A stretch of 64,000 nucleotides of DNA, taken from NCBI GenBank assembly GCA_035221665.1, contig CM069174.1:10788001-10852000 (forward strand). The letters run 5' to 3'. Position 1 is the stretch's first letter; each line of letters starts with the position of its first letter. A program made the position numbers and the translations under genes. This DNA is from Okamejei kenojei (lineage: Eukaryota). Positions 12,071 through 23,400 of the stretch are shown here, piece after piece. Under the pieces are notes generated by a model. The model was not told the DNA's origin and made no database searches. It saw only the letters and a program-made list of their open reading frames with translations.

Positions 12071-12959
12071 TGAGCTTGAGTCTGTTTCCTTCTGAGACCA
12101 GATAGTTCAACATTTAATGCAACTATCTCACACCTCGGGGGACCAAGCTTAGATCCTAACCTTGGACTTTGTTTGTGCAGAGATAATGTCTATCTAAGAA
12201 ATAGGGTCCTAGCCTGCCTAATCTCTCCTTATAGCTAAGACCATCAAGTCTTGGCAAAATCCTCGTCATTTTTGCACTCTTTCTAACTTAATGACATCCT
12301 TCCTTTAGCCTTCTCCAATGTAAAAACAACGGATAAACAATCATTGATGACCTGCCCATCTCCTGCAGCCCCACACATAGATGTCTGCTTTGGTTTCCGA
12401 GGGACTCTTTTCTCTCTCTAATTTCCTTAATGTCATATTTCCCGGCCATATCCTGCCCATTTTTGCCCTCCTGTTGTCCTTTTTAGGTATGCTCCTCAGC
12501 CCTTAAACTCTTGCAGATCAGAGGAGGGGAAGATGTCTCTGATGGTGGAATCTTCTTGAAGGTGGTGGAATTTACGAGGGATATTTGGTTGAATGCAAAA
12601 TTTCCCACAGCCAGCTATTAAACCTGGCTCGGACAAAACTCTGAACATTAATACCCCTCCATCTGTTATTTGCACTTTATTAATTTATTAATTAATGTGT
12701 GTATTTACGTATATAATTGTAGTCAATGCCTACTATGTTCTGTTGTGCTATGCAAAGAAAGAATTTCATTGTCCTGTCAGGGACACATGACAATAAACTC
12801 TTTTGTCTTGACTTGACTTTGAAAGTGAGCCCTTGCTCTGTCCAGATGTGGAAAATCGATGAGATTTGGTCAAGGGTTACATAGAAACATAGATCAGATT
12901 AGGGTTCGACCAGTTATGGTAGATTAGAAGCCATGATTCAGGAAGAATGAATTTAAGGC

Positions 12960-13665
12960 ACCTGTGTTGACAGTCTTGTTGTCAGAGCAGATGTGACGGA
13001 GACTGAGGGACTGAGAGAATGAAATGGAGTCCTTGCAGGAAGCAGAAAATATAATTGAGATAGCCGTGGGGATCTGTGGTATTGTATTGGATGTTTGTCA
13101 CTAATCTATTCACTGAGATGGAGACAGAGATCCAAGGTAAGATTGAAGAATACTTCCTCATCTTCCATCTGGGAACCTTGTAGCCTTCTGGACTCAATGT
13201 TGGGTTTATCACTGGAGATAACTTGTGCTCTCTGTATGAATTAGAAGTGGCCAGTCTAATGTAGGTCATCAATCTGTAATATTGGCCCTTTTTTGTTTTC
13301 TCTCCCTTAGCACTCGCCAAACCTGTTGGACATTTCCTACAGCTTAGCGTTTCATAGCTTTTATGTTCTTTTGTTTGTGCTCTCGCTAACTGCCTTCATT
13401 TTATAGCTTTTATGATTCTTTCGTCATGCTAACTTTCTCTCATTTCCATTAACATATCAGACCATCTACAGCTTATCTGTCTGACAACCCCAGCCGCACC
13501 CTATCAGAGCTATTCCCTTTCTCCTATCCATTCCCTCCCACTCTATTTGCAATTTAAATCTAACCCCTTTTTCCAGTTCTGATGAATGGTCTTCAAGTTG
13601 AAGTATGAATTGTTTCTCTTTCCATGGATGCAGCCTAACCTGTTGAGTGCTTACAGCATTTTCAA
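12960..13665. mobile_element. Old rearranged Penelope-like remnant
   Basis: - strand RT piece (ISVNRLVTNIQYNTTDPHGYLNY), then a + strand 3' part with a decayed terminal unit at about 13575-13665. Confidence 0.6.
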
Positions 13666-13839
13666 ATTTTTTTTAGATGGCTTCTTTAAACTTTTTTGGA
13701 AGTTAATTTTCCCAATAAATAAGTTAAGGGCATGACCTCCAAGCTTCTGTCCTATCGCTGGATTCACTGTTTCCCGCTACTCTTTTGATCCTCTCCATCT
13801 TTCATTGGCTTATCTTCATCTCAATCATCATCTGTCAAA

Positions 13840-14830
13840 CTTTGTTTAGTTTAGTATTTTGTCACGTGTACCGAGGTACAGCAAAAAGCTTTCTTGTTGC
13901 ATGCTATCTAGTCAGCGGAAAGACTACATGTGATTGCAGTCAAGCCGTCCATAGTGCACAGATACAGGATAAAGGGAATAATATTCAGTGCAAGATAAAA
14001 TCCAGTAAAGTCTAATTAAAGATAGTCTGAGGGTCACCAATGAGGTAGATGGCAGATCAAAACTGGGTGAAAGGATGGTTCAGTTACCCAGTAGCAGCTT
14101 GGAAGAAACTGCCCTGGAATCTGGAGGTGTACGTTTTAATTTCTGTACCTCTCGCCTGATGGGAGAGGGAACAAGAGAGAGTGTCTGGGGTGAGACTGGT
14201 CCTTGATTATGCTGGTGGCCTTCCGGATGCAGCATGAAGTGTAGAGGGAGTCAATGGAAGGGATGTTTGTTTGTGTGATGGTGAGAGTTGTTGGGACATG
14301 CCAAACTTCCTAAGCCTTCCAAGGAAGTAGAGGCATTGGTGTGCTTTCTTGGCTGTTGCTTCGACATGGCCGGTTCAAGACAAGTTGCTGGTAATATTTA
14401 CTCCTTACATAAAACTTGAAGCTTTCAACCATCTCTATTTCGGCACCGTCAATGTGTACTGCTTTGCTTCCTAAATACAATCACAATCTCCTTTGCCATG
14501 CTGACATTGTGGGAAAGGTTGTTGTCTTGGCACCTGGTTACGAAGTTCTCAATCTCCTTCCTGTACTCCGTCTCGTCATTATTTGATATCCGACCCACCA
14601 CGGTGGTGTCGCCTGCAAATTTGTAAATTGAGTTGGATTTGTATTTGGCTGCACAGTTGTGGGTGTACAAGGAGTAAAGAAGGAGGCTGAGAATGCATCC
14701 ATGCAGGGCACCAGTGTTGAGGATTATCGTGGAGGATGATTTGTCCCCTATCTTCACTGATTGTGGCCTGTTGGGTCAGGAAGTCTGAGGATCCAGTTGC
14801 AGAGGTGAGTGCTGACTCCAAGTTTGGAGA
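13840..14830 (-). mobile_element. Degenerate Rex1-like LINE 3' fragment
   Basis: LNTGALHGCILSLLLYSLYTHNC...KFAGDTTVVGRISNNDE; (CTAAA)n-like tail near 13840. Confidence 0.85.
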
Positions 14831-14989
14831 TGATCCACGATTTTGGAGTTTTGGTACAGTACCAGTTGCCTCATTTTCATTCTTGACTATTAACCCAAAT
14901 ATGAATTCCCCAGCTACCATTGAGCGGTGTAGATGCCCTCCTTCTCCATCTCTTTGTGATTATCCCCTACAACTCAATTTAATTTTGGA

Positions 14990-15275
14990 TGTGCGAGAGT
15001 CAATTCTCCGTGCGGCTTCCGTACACGTGCCAGTATAAGGCGGTATACAGTATAGCCCCGCCTTCTTCCACCGCTTCCATTGGTTGAAACGTATAAACAA
15101 TAATGGTTTGCAAACAGCTGATTGGATCATGTGGCTGTCAATCTGGACAGAGGTAGCTGCGGTTGCGAGTTCTGGGGAGTTGGTTCGGTTTTGAAGCTTC
15201 GGCCTGTGCCGCCTGATTGTTTTATGTTTTATCTGTATTCAGTGTGAGATGATAAATGTCAAAGAAGAAGCGCTG
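14990..15275 (+). promoter_or_regulatory. PAN2: Probable PAN2 promoter and non-coding first exon
   Basis: Local CpG enrichment, GC box GCCCCGCC at 15055-15062, inverted CCAAT boxes (ATTGG) at 15079 and 15121, candidate donor CTG|GTAGGT at 15275/15276. Confidence 0.55.
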
Positions 15276-15594
15276 GTAGGTTTAATACTGAACCGCAATG
15301 AATGGGCTGCGAAAACAGAATTTAAAAAGAAGTAATCAGGAAGAACACCCCAGAGATGTAGCTGGGCCCGGTTGACATTTTAACTCGGGTCTCAACGTCT
15401 ATGTCGTTGACCATCGCTGAAAGGAGAATATTGCCAGAGCTCTTTGAGATCTGGAAGTCAGAACAATGGGAAATTCCGTTAAATGTTAACATATCAGTTA
15501 CGTGTTTGTGTGCGGTACTGGACATACCGGCATCGGAGTTGATTCTACGTGATATGTCCGAAGTTTTGATTTTTAGAAATAAACATGGTTATCT

Positions 15595-15700
15595 CAGTCT
15601 GAAGAAGGGTTTCGACCCGAAATGTCACCCATTCCTTCTCCGCAGAGGTGCTGCCCGTTCCCCTGAGTTACTCCAGCACTTTGTGGCCATCTGTGGTTTT
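15595..15700 (+). mobile_element. Solo Penelope-derived terminal unit (hammerhead-like core 15599-15626)
   Basis: CTGAAGAAGGGTTTCGACCCGAAATGTC...CTGAGTTACTCCAGCACTTTGTG. Confidence 0.7.
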
Positions 15701-15819
15701 CTTGAAGTTTTTACTTGCTCGAAGGCCCATGAGAGTTAATGTCATTTTTTTCCTCTGTGTTGATCTTTCCGATTGTAACTCTGTGGGTGTGACTCTTGCA
15801 AGTAGATTCTTAGTTTAAA

Positions 15820-16175
15820 TCCCTATTCCAGAGCACATATCCGGGCTGACATTGTGGTACTGAACCATACATTGTCGGAGGGGTCATTCTAGAATGAAGT
15901 GTTATACTCTGTCGACATTCTCGGTGGATGTAAAGGGTCCCTCTGTGGTATTTCGAAGAACAGGGCTATTATTCCCTTATGCCTTTGGACCAATGTTTAC
16001 CTCAAAATGAACATATCTAGATTTCATCTGGCAATTATCACAAGGTCCTGGGAGCTTGCTGTGGTCTTCTGTGTTTTCTACATTGTATAAGTTATCTACA
16101 TTTCTGAAATATATAATTGGTTAAAGTACTTTGTAGTGTTCTGAAGTGCCATGAAAGGCGGTGTTAAGATGCATT
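15820..16175 (+). mobile_element. Deu-domain SINE (SacSINE1/AmnSINE1-related), old
   Basis: ggtggatgtaaagggtccc..tatttcgaagaa..ggaccaatgtttacctcaa..atctggcaattatcaca..gggagcttgctgtg..tgaaaggcg matches the recalled Deu-domain consensus. Related pieces at about 10145-10315 (-) and 56575-56725 (+). Confidence 0.65.
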
Positions 16176-16294
16176 TATTTATTTATTATTTTTCCATTTG
16201 AGCTCATTCTTAACAATTGCGCATTATTTGCCCACTTTTGTTGGTCACTCCTCTTGATGTCCTTTGGTGTCACTATACAGTGAGACCGTTCAGT

Positions 16295-16692
16295 TAGAAT
16301 CATAGAAAATAAGTGCAGGAGTAGGCCTTCGAGCCAGCAATGGTTCAATATGATCATGGCTGATCATCCAAAATCAGTACCCCATTCCGGCTTTTTTCAC
16401 ATATCCCTTGATTCTCCTAGCCCATAGAGCTAAATCTAACTCTCTCTTGAAAACATCTAGTGAATTGGCCTCCACTGCCTTCTGTGGCAGAGAATTCCAC
16501 AGATTCACAACTCTGGGTGAAAAAGTTTTGCCTCATCTCAGTCCTAAATGGCCTACCACTTATTCTTAAACTGTGACCCCTGGTTCTGGACTCCCTCAAC
16601 ACCGGGAACATGTTTCCGGCATCTACCCTGTCCAATCCTCTAAGAATTTTATATGTTTCTATAAGATGCCCTCTCATCCTTCTAAATTCCAG
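16295..16692 (-). mobile_element. CR1 LINE 3' end
   Basis: [26 protein letters not shown]...SRTRGHSL. Confidence 0.88.
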
Positions 16693-17974
16693 CGATGTTG
16701 TTTTGTTGTCTTGTTTTATTGTGGGGTTTTTTCCTCCCACCATATATTTTATGTAAGTGATATATGACGATCTGCATGAAGAATACTGAAAAATGCATTG
16801 CTATATTATGCTGTGATATGTGATTACAGCATCTTGTAGTCAACTTCCACTTTCCTAACGCTACATTTCGAAATATCTGTTTTGTTCTACATTGGCATAA
16901 CACTAAGCAATCGTGATTTCTATGGATTCAAAGCCAGTAATTTAAAGGGTCAAGGCTTTATTAGATATTAGACTCAATTTCTGACCTACCTTCTCTGGCC
17001 TTAGAATTGATTCTATTTTTGATCAGAATACTATTTAATTTCCTGTTATTAAGCTTTTGTGACTTTTTTAAGTGGAGATTATTTTACTATTAGGAGTTTC
17101 ATGCAGCATGTTTTCTTTTTGACCATTGCAAAGCATACAATTTTAACTATTGAAAATGTCGGTGACTTCATTTAAAGCAGACTGTATTGATGGGAGCATT
17201 CAGCTGTCAGTGAGTTCTTGGTATTTGTCTTGGTTGTGAGAGTGATATTTGTAATAGGCAGCCTCTCCTGGTGCACTTTGATTCCAATTTGGCAACTTTT
17301 ATGTTTATATGAGATTTGAATTAATAGCAAATTTCTGATGTTTATCCCCACCTGCTTCTTTGAAACAATTGAGACATGCTTTATGTTGGACCCTGCCTCA
17401 GTTCAATTCCTGAAGCTCTTCGTTTATCTGCTTGTTTCATTGGTATGTCTTAGCTGAATTTACTAAATTTAACTGAATATTTTACTTTAAGCAATTCCTT
17501 ATAACATATTTATTCAGCAAGTAGCAAACCCATTAACAGAGCTATCAAGTTAGCATTGGTGAAGGTACCTCAGACGGCGCAGTAAATTTCAATTATTTGA
17601 ATTGGTATCACTGGGTTCAAAGTGGAAACATGGTCAGGGCTTTCACTCCTGTTCACGATCCAGTAACTGGCTCCTGGAGATATGCAACTGTGTATATGGA
17701 ATGAAGTCGATAGGCTGTGATGTTCCCTGGTGTTGAGTTGTTCAGCAATATTTACCTTAACAAATATATTGTGACTCAGCAAGGTATTAATATGTTTTGA
17801 AAAGGAAAAGCTTGGACTTCTGTTTTCATATGTTTTTGGGGAAATGTTCCCAGGATGTGAATGTGTTTCTTCAGAATAGTTATGTAATTACTTTGATTAG
17901 AAATGGGTTGTAATTTGGAGTGATTTTTCTTTTCTAAATTCCTCTCCTAATACTGTTGATCTCTTATTTTGCAG

Positions 17975-18023
17975 CTTTGACGTGTTTAGAAATACATGGA
18001 AGATTGGACTTTGGAAGTCAGTG
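17975..18023 (+). other. PAN2: Candidate PAN2 5'UTR exon (49 nt)
   Basis: Acceptor ctcttattttgcag and consensus donor GTG|GTAAGT, located between the promoter and coding exon 1. Confidence 0.5.
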
Positions 18024-18071
18024 GTAAGTGTAAATCAAATGCTTGCATCAATGGTCCTTGGTTTATTTTTT

Positions 18072-18515
18072 TTAGCCCAAAGGATGCAGACTCCCCAAGC
18101 GGAATATGAGGTGCTGTTCCTCCAACTTGCGGTGTAACATTGAATTTTCTCAATTCTGTTGAACATTGAATTTTCTCAATTCTGTTAACCCTTGCTGTCT
18201 CCTCCCCTTCCCACCTCTCCCTCAGCCCTCGGGCCCTGGCATTCTCTCTATCTCTATCTCCCTCCCCCACCCTAGTCGCACTAGCTTCTCATTTTCACAC
18301 CACAAACAGCTTACAATGGCTTGTTCCCTTTATCATCGATACTTTTTTGCATATCTTTCATTCATTGTTCTTTATCTCTCCACATCACCGTCTATATCTC
18401 TCGTTTCCCTGATCCCTGACCAGTCTGAAGAAGGGTCTCGACCCGAAACGTCGCCTATCTCCTTCGCTCCTTAGATGCTGCTGCACCCGCTGAGTTTCTC
18501 CAGCATTTTGTGTAA
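18072..18515 (+). mobile_element. Penelope-like 3' fragment with inverted 5' piece
   Basis: Homologous to 6790-7070. 18075-18132 is inverted. The terminal unit has a perfect hammerhead-like core. Confidence 0.8.
18425..18452 (+). ncRNA. Minimal type I hammerhead-ribozyme-like core
   Basis: CTGAAGA-A-GGGT-CTCG-ACCC-GAAAC-GTC: conserved CUGANGA and GAAA boxes, stem II hairpin, palindromic ACGU stem III, GUC cleavage triplet. Stem I is weak. Confidence 0.65.
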
Positions 18516-18549
18516 CCCCCTGCTTGCATCAATGCTTCATTTATACTCT

Positions 18550-19490
18550 TACAGTACAGAAACTGGCCCTTCAGCCCAGCACACCCATGCTGACCAAGGT
18601 GCCCCATCTACACTTGTCCCAACTCGTGTTTGGCCCATATCCCTTTAAACCTTTCCTATCCATGTACCTGTTCAAATGTCTTTTAAATGTTTTTATAGTT
18701 TCTGCCTCAACTACCATACCAACTAATTGCTTCCATATACACACTTCTGGCAGCTCATTCCATATACACACCACTCTCTGTAGAAAAAGTTGCCCCTCAG
18801 ATTATCATGAGATCTTTCCCCTCTAACCTTGAGGACCCCTGGTTCTTGATCCCCCTACTCTGTGTATTTAAAAAAAAAAAAAAGTCTGTGCATCTACTGT
18901 ATCTATTTCCCTCATGATCCTGTACACCTGTATAAGATCACCTCTCATTCTCCTATGCTCCACGGAATACAGTCCTTGTCTGCCCAACCTCTCCCTACAG
19001 CTCAGACCTGCAAATCCTGGAAACGTCCTTGTACGTTTTCTCTGCGCTCTTCCCATTTTAACATCTTTCCTACATACCACGACAACCAAATCTGAACACA
19101 ATACTCCAACTGTCACCTCACCAGTGCCTTGTACAGCTGTAACATATCACCCAAGTTCTGTACTCAAAACCCTGACTAATGAAGGCCAATGTGCCGAAAG
19201 CCTTCTTGACTAACTTATTCACCTGTGCCGCCACTTTCAAGGAACTATGTACCTGCACTCTTAGATCCCTCTTCTCTCCAAATCTTCCCAGAGCCTTGCC
19301 ATTCACTGAGAAGGTCCTGCCCTGGTTAGACTTCCCAAAATGCAACACCTCCCATTTATCTGCATTAAACTCCATTAGCCATTCCTCTGCTCACTTGCCC
19401 AACTGATCAAGATCCCGTTGTAATTTTTGATTACCATCTTTGCTATCTAGAATACCACCCTCTTTAGTGTCATCTGCAAACTTACTAATC
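18550..19490 (-). mobile_element. CR1 LINE 3' fragment
   Basis: MEFNADKWEVLHFGKSN; RRMRGDLIQVYRIM. Confidence 0.88.
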
Positions 19491-20179
19491 CTGTACGTTT
19501 GTGGTATTTGCTTTTGTGATTGCCCTGGCCAAATAATGCTAAGCTTAATTAAAAACAATATTATTTCTTGTCAATTTATGACTGGAGAAAGTGTCTTGTG
19601 TGGATGATTGGTGATTAATGTAAAATCAAAGTTATGGGGAGTTGTATCACGAGCACCATAGAATGATGAAGATGTACAAAAAAGCTTGTTTAACTCATAA
19701 ACAGGTTTGGGAGTTAGCTGAATCCTTGCACGTGCTTTGTCTCTGTTATGTCTGTTGCCTTGCATATTGCACTGCTAGACCTTGGGAGAGTTGTGGTTTT
19801 ACTTTCAGTTCAAATATCTTCTATGGTAGATTATGGATTTACACATTTGACTTTATAGTTTGTGCATTTGTACAATGTTACCTTTGCTGTGCAGTGATAC
19901 ACAAGCACCAGCACTGATGTACGTGTGGAAACTTTCTAAAGATAAAAAAAAGTGTCCAGTATTTGACAGAGGTGCGAGTGAAATGGTGTGTCCTTTGTCT
20001 GGCCTACATAGTGCAGTAACAGAATCTCTCAGCTGTGCAGTTTGTAGGGAAGGGTATTGTCAAATGAGAAAACGTAGTATTTTTCGCTGCAAATCAACAC
20101 TGGTTAATTACACTGAAAATATGTGTACATTGTGTGGAGTTGCTTTTCTTATGTGTCTTTTGCATCCCCAGAGTAAACC

Positions 20180-20491
20180 ATGAATTTTAATGGTCTTGAT
20201 TCTGGCCTTGGAGAATACAACTCGCCTCTGCATCCTGGCATCAGTGCTTCCTTGGACCGCTCAATTGAGCATTCGCTGGATCCCAGACTTGACCCGACCT
20301 TGCTGCAGAATATGGAATTGGAAGGAGAAGGTGTCCAGTTAGATGGCATGTCGGTCTCTGTGTCTGAATCTGTACATCTTGTGGAAGGCATGTATTCAGA
20401 ACTACACACAGTCGTTGCAGAAGTTGGAGTCCCTGTAACTGCATCGCATTTTGACCTTCAAGATGAATTACTTTGGGTGGGAAATCATGGG
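20180..20491 (+). CDS. PAN2: PAN2 coding exon 1
   Basis: MNFNGLD...LLWVGNHG|gtaagt; acceptor at 20171. Confidence 0.95.
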
Positions 20492-23400
20492 GTAAGTATA
20501 GTACAGCTTCTCCAACCAAGAAAGATTGGCAATACCTGGTTTAGAAGGGACATTTTGGGCAGTGCTGGAAAATAAATTGTACTTCCATCGCTTCTCTGTG
20601 CAGCTAGGATGATCAAGCACTGCAGGATGATAATTCACAATGCACCAACTTGCTACTCTGCTTTTATTTCTCTATCTAAAGTAACAAAATTAAGTGGTTT
20701 AGGAATCAAGAACAAGCAAAGAATGCCTGGATGACATGTGGTGTATGTATATCATTAAGATTGAAACTGAGCTGTTAAGAGCTTCTGTTTAGAACGTGCA
20801 ATGTAATACTTATCAGCTGTTTTGACCATGGAATTTCCCCTTTTATGTAATGATTAATCCAGTTGAAAGTAATCTTAACGGCTCTGATCACGTCCCAGAA
20901 CTCAGACAGAACTCATCCTCGTTACATCCCTAAAAATGTTTGAATGTACATTAATTAATTAATGGTGGATGTGGAATGAAACGTGCTTAATTCCACATTG
21001 CTCCACTGCTGATGCAAGAGTGGCTGTGGGAGATGAACAGAAAGCTTTTTTCCAACATTTTCTTTTTAATTTGAAAAATAATCCTCAAATCCCATTCACC
21101 TTCTCCCCATAACATCTTGTGAGAGATGGGCATGTTCCTAGCTAGGCAATTATACACTGCAGCAGTGAAAAGCATATACATGCAATGCCAACCTTTGGTT
21201 TATAATTGTGACTATAGATCATATTTCCCCTTCCTTCCACTGTTATAGTCATTAGGGTTCTACAGCATGGAAACCGGTGTAATGGTCCAACATGTCTACA
21301 CTGACCAGATGTCTATTCAAGCTAGTGTTTTGCTTGTGTTTTGCCCATGTCTCTCTTAACCTCTCCTATCCATATACCTTGTAGAAGTTGTAATTGTACT
21401 TGCCTCTACAACTTTCTCTGGTGTCTTGTTCCATATATGCCCCACCCTCTGTGTGGAAAAAGTTGTTCATCAGTCCCTTTTAAGTCTTTCACCTCGCCTT
21501 TCCTGCGTCTAAATCTAGTCGTTTAATTTTAAAATACCTTAAACCGGGAAAAGACTGTGACTGTCCAACTTATCTACTCTTGTCATGTTCTTGTATACCC
21601 GTATAAAGTCACTCATCTACACTCCAGGGAACAAAGCCCCAACCTACCCAGGTTCTCCTTATAACTCAAGATCTCGAGTCCCATAACATCGACGTGAAAC
21701 TTCTTTTCAGCTCAGTGATATCCTTTGTACAGCTGAATGACCAGAACCGTGCACCATACTCCAAGTGTGGTCTTGCCAATGACCTTTACAGTTGCAACAT
21801 GACGTCCCAACTCCTGTATTCAATACCCCAATTGATGAAGGCAACCATGCCAAATGCCACCTTCACTGCCCTGTCTACCTGTGCTGCCACTTTTGGGGAA
21901 CTAATTACTTGTACCCTAGGTCTCTCTGTTCTACAACATACTCCAGAGCCCTGGGATTTACTGTACAACTCCTGCCCTGATTGAACTTGCCATGTCGTGG
22001 TCTAAATGTTGGTATTCAATTGGGGTATTGAATACAGGAGTTGGGACGTCATCTTGCAACTGTACAGGTAATTGACGAGACCACGCTTGGAGTATGGTGC
22101 ACAGTTCTGGTCATCCAGCTGTGGTTTAAATGTTAGTTCAAATTAACTCGGGGAATTCTTACTATAGATAGATCTGTCATAATCCACGCAGGCTTCCTGT
22201 AGATCACTTGATTCAGTCCATTCATTCCACCTTTATCCCATGACTTCTCTAAATTATCTTTCCCTTGAGTACTGATCCAATTCAATTTTGAAAGTTCCGG
22301 TTGACTCTGTTTTCACCACTTCCAGATGGATTGTTCCTAGATCATAACCACTTTGTATGCTTCAAAAAAGGCTTTTTGCTTGCATTTTTCCCTTTTCACT
22401 TCCACACTGTATCTTTTAACCTTCACTTAAAATCTATGTGCTGTTGATCTTGAACCATACACAAAAGTGGACGGCTTCTCTGAAAAGTTGTTCTCAATGG
22501 ATTTTGTTTTTGTTTGTGTTTTATTGGTTGCTAAAATCACCAAAACATTCCTAAACATTTGAAGGCCTTCGTATACTTAAACTAATTCTTGTAAAGTTGT
22601 GCTGAGATGTTCTGCAGTTTTTGAGGAGTGACCAAGGCGTGTGCTGAAATGACCTTGCAGTATAGATAATTGATTTGGGCGTAATGCCAAACTAGATTTG
22701 AACTGAATTTCTAAGACTTTTAAATTGTCATTGATCTAACTAAAAAGGATATGCTACTAATGAGCTGATTTCTGTTTTGCTGGTGCTTCAGCTTTACCTT
22801 CATAGACGTGTAACTAAATTTGTTTATGAACGTTCTCTCTAGGGCCATGCAACCTCCTTTTTTGGTCCGACAATGGAACGATACTCTTCCTTTCAAGTTA
22901 ATGCCACCGATGACATTCGTCAGATACAGAGCATAGAAAGTGGAGTGCTCTTTTTGAATAAGAATAATCTCAAGTGCTTTACTCGAGGAGGTCTTATAAT
23001 GTTTGATTATGTGTAAGTTTCTTTTAAATATTTGCACTTCTGCAGTTTTTAAAGTAAAACTATCTTTCCCATCTTTCCCCCAGCGCACACCCCCTCCTTT
23101 GTGCAGGTGTTAACTAGAATATTTGTTCCTCATTTGAATGGCTGTTCCTAAGGGACTTGATTTCTGCTTTGTCTTGAACCACCCATTGGCCTAGTGATCT
23201 GTAGATACCTGTAAGGAACCATATTAAATGGCTGCAAGACATTGCCTTTAATCTGCCTTTTAAATAGCTTACTTTTTTGTGTTTACTCAAACTTGCATGA
23301 AGAAAGAACATTTGAGCTATCTGAGGACTGCTGACACTTCTGTCATTGTATTTCAGAATGAGTTGGCACCTCTAAGAAGGAAGAGAAAACTTCAAAGTAA

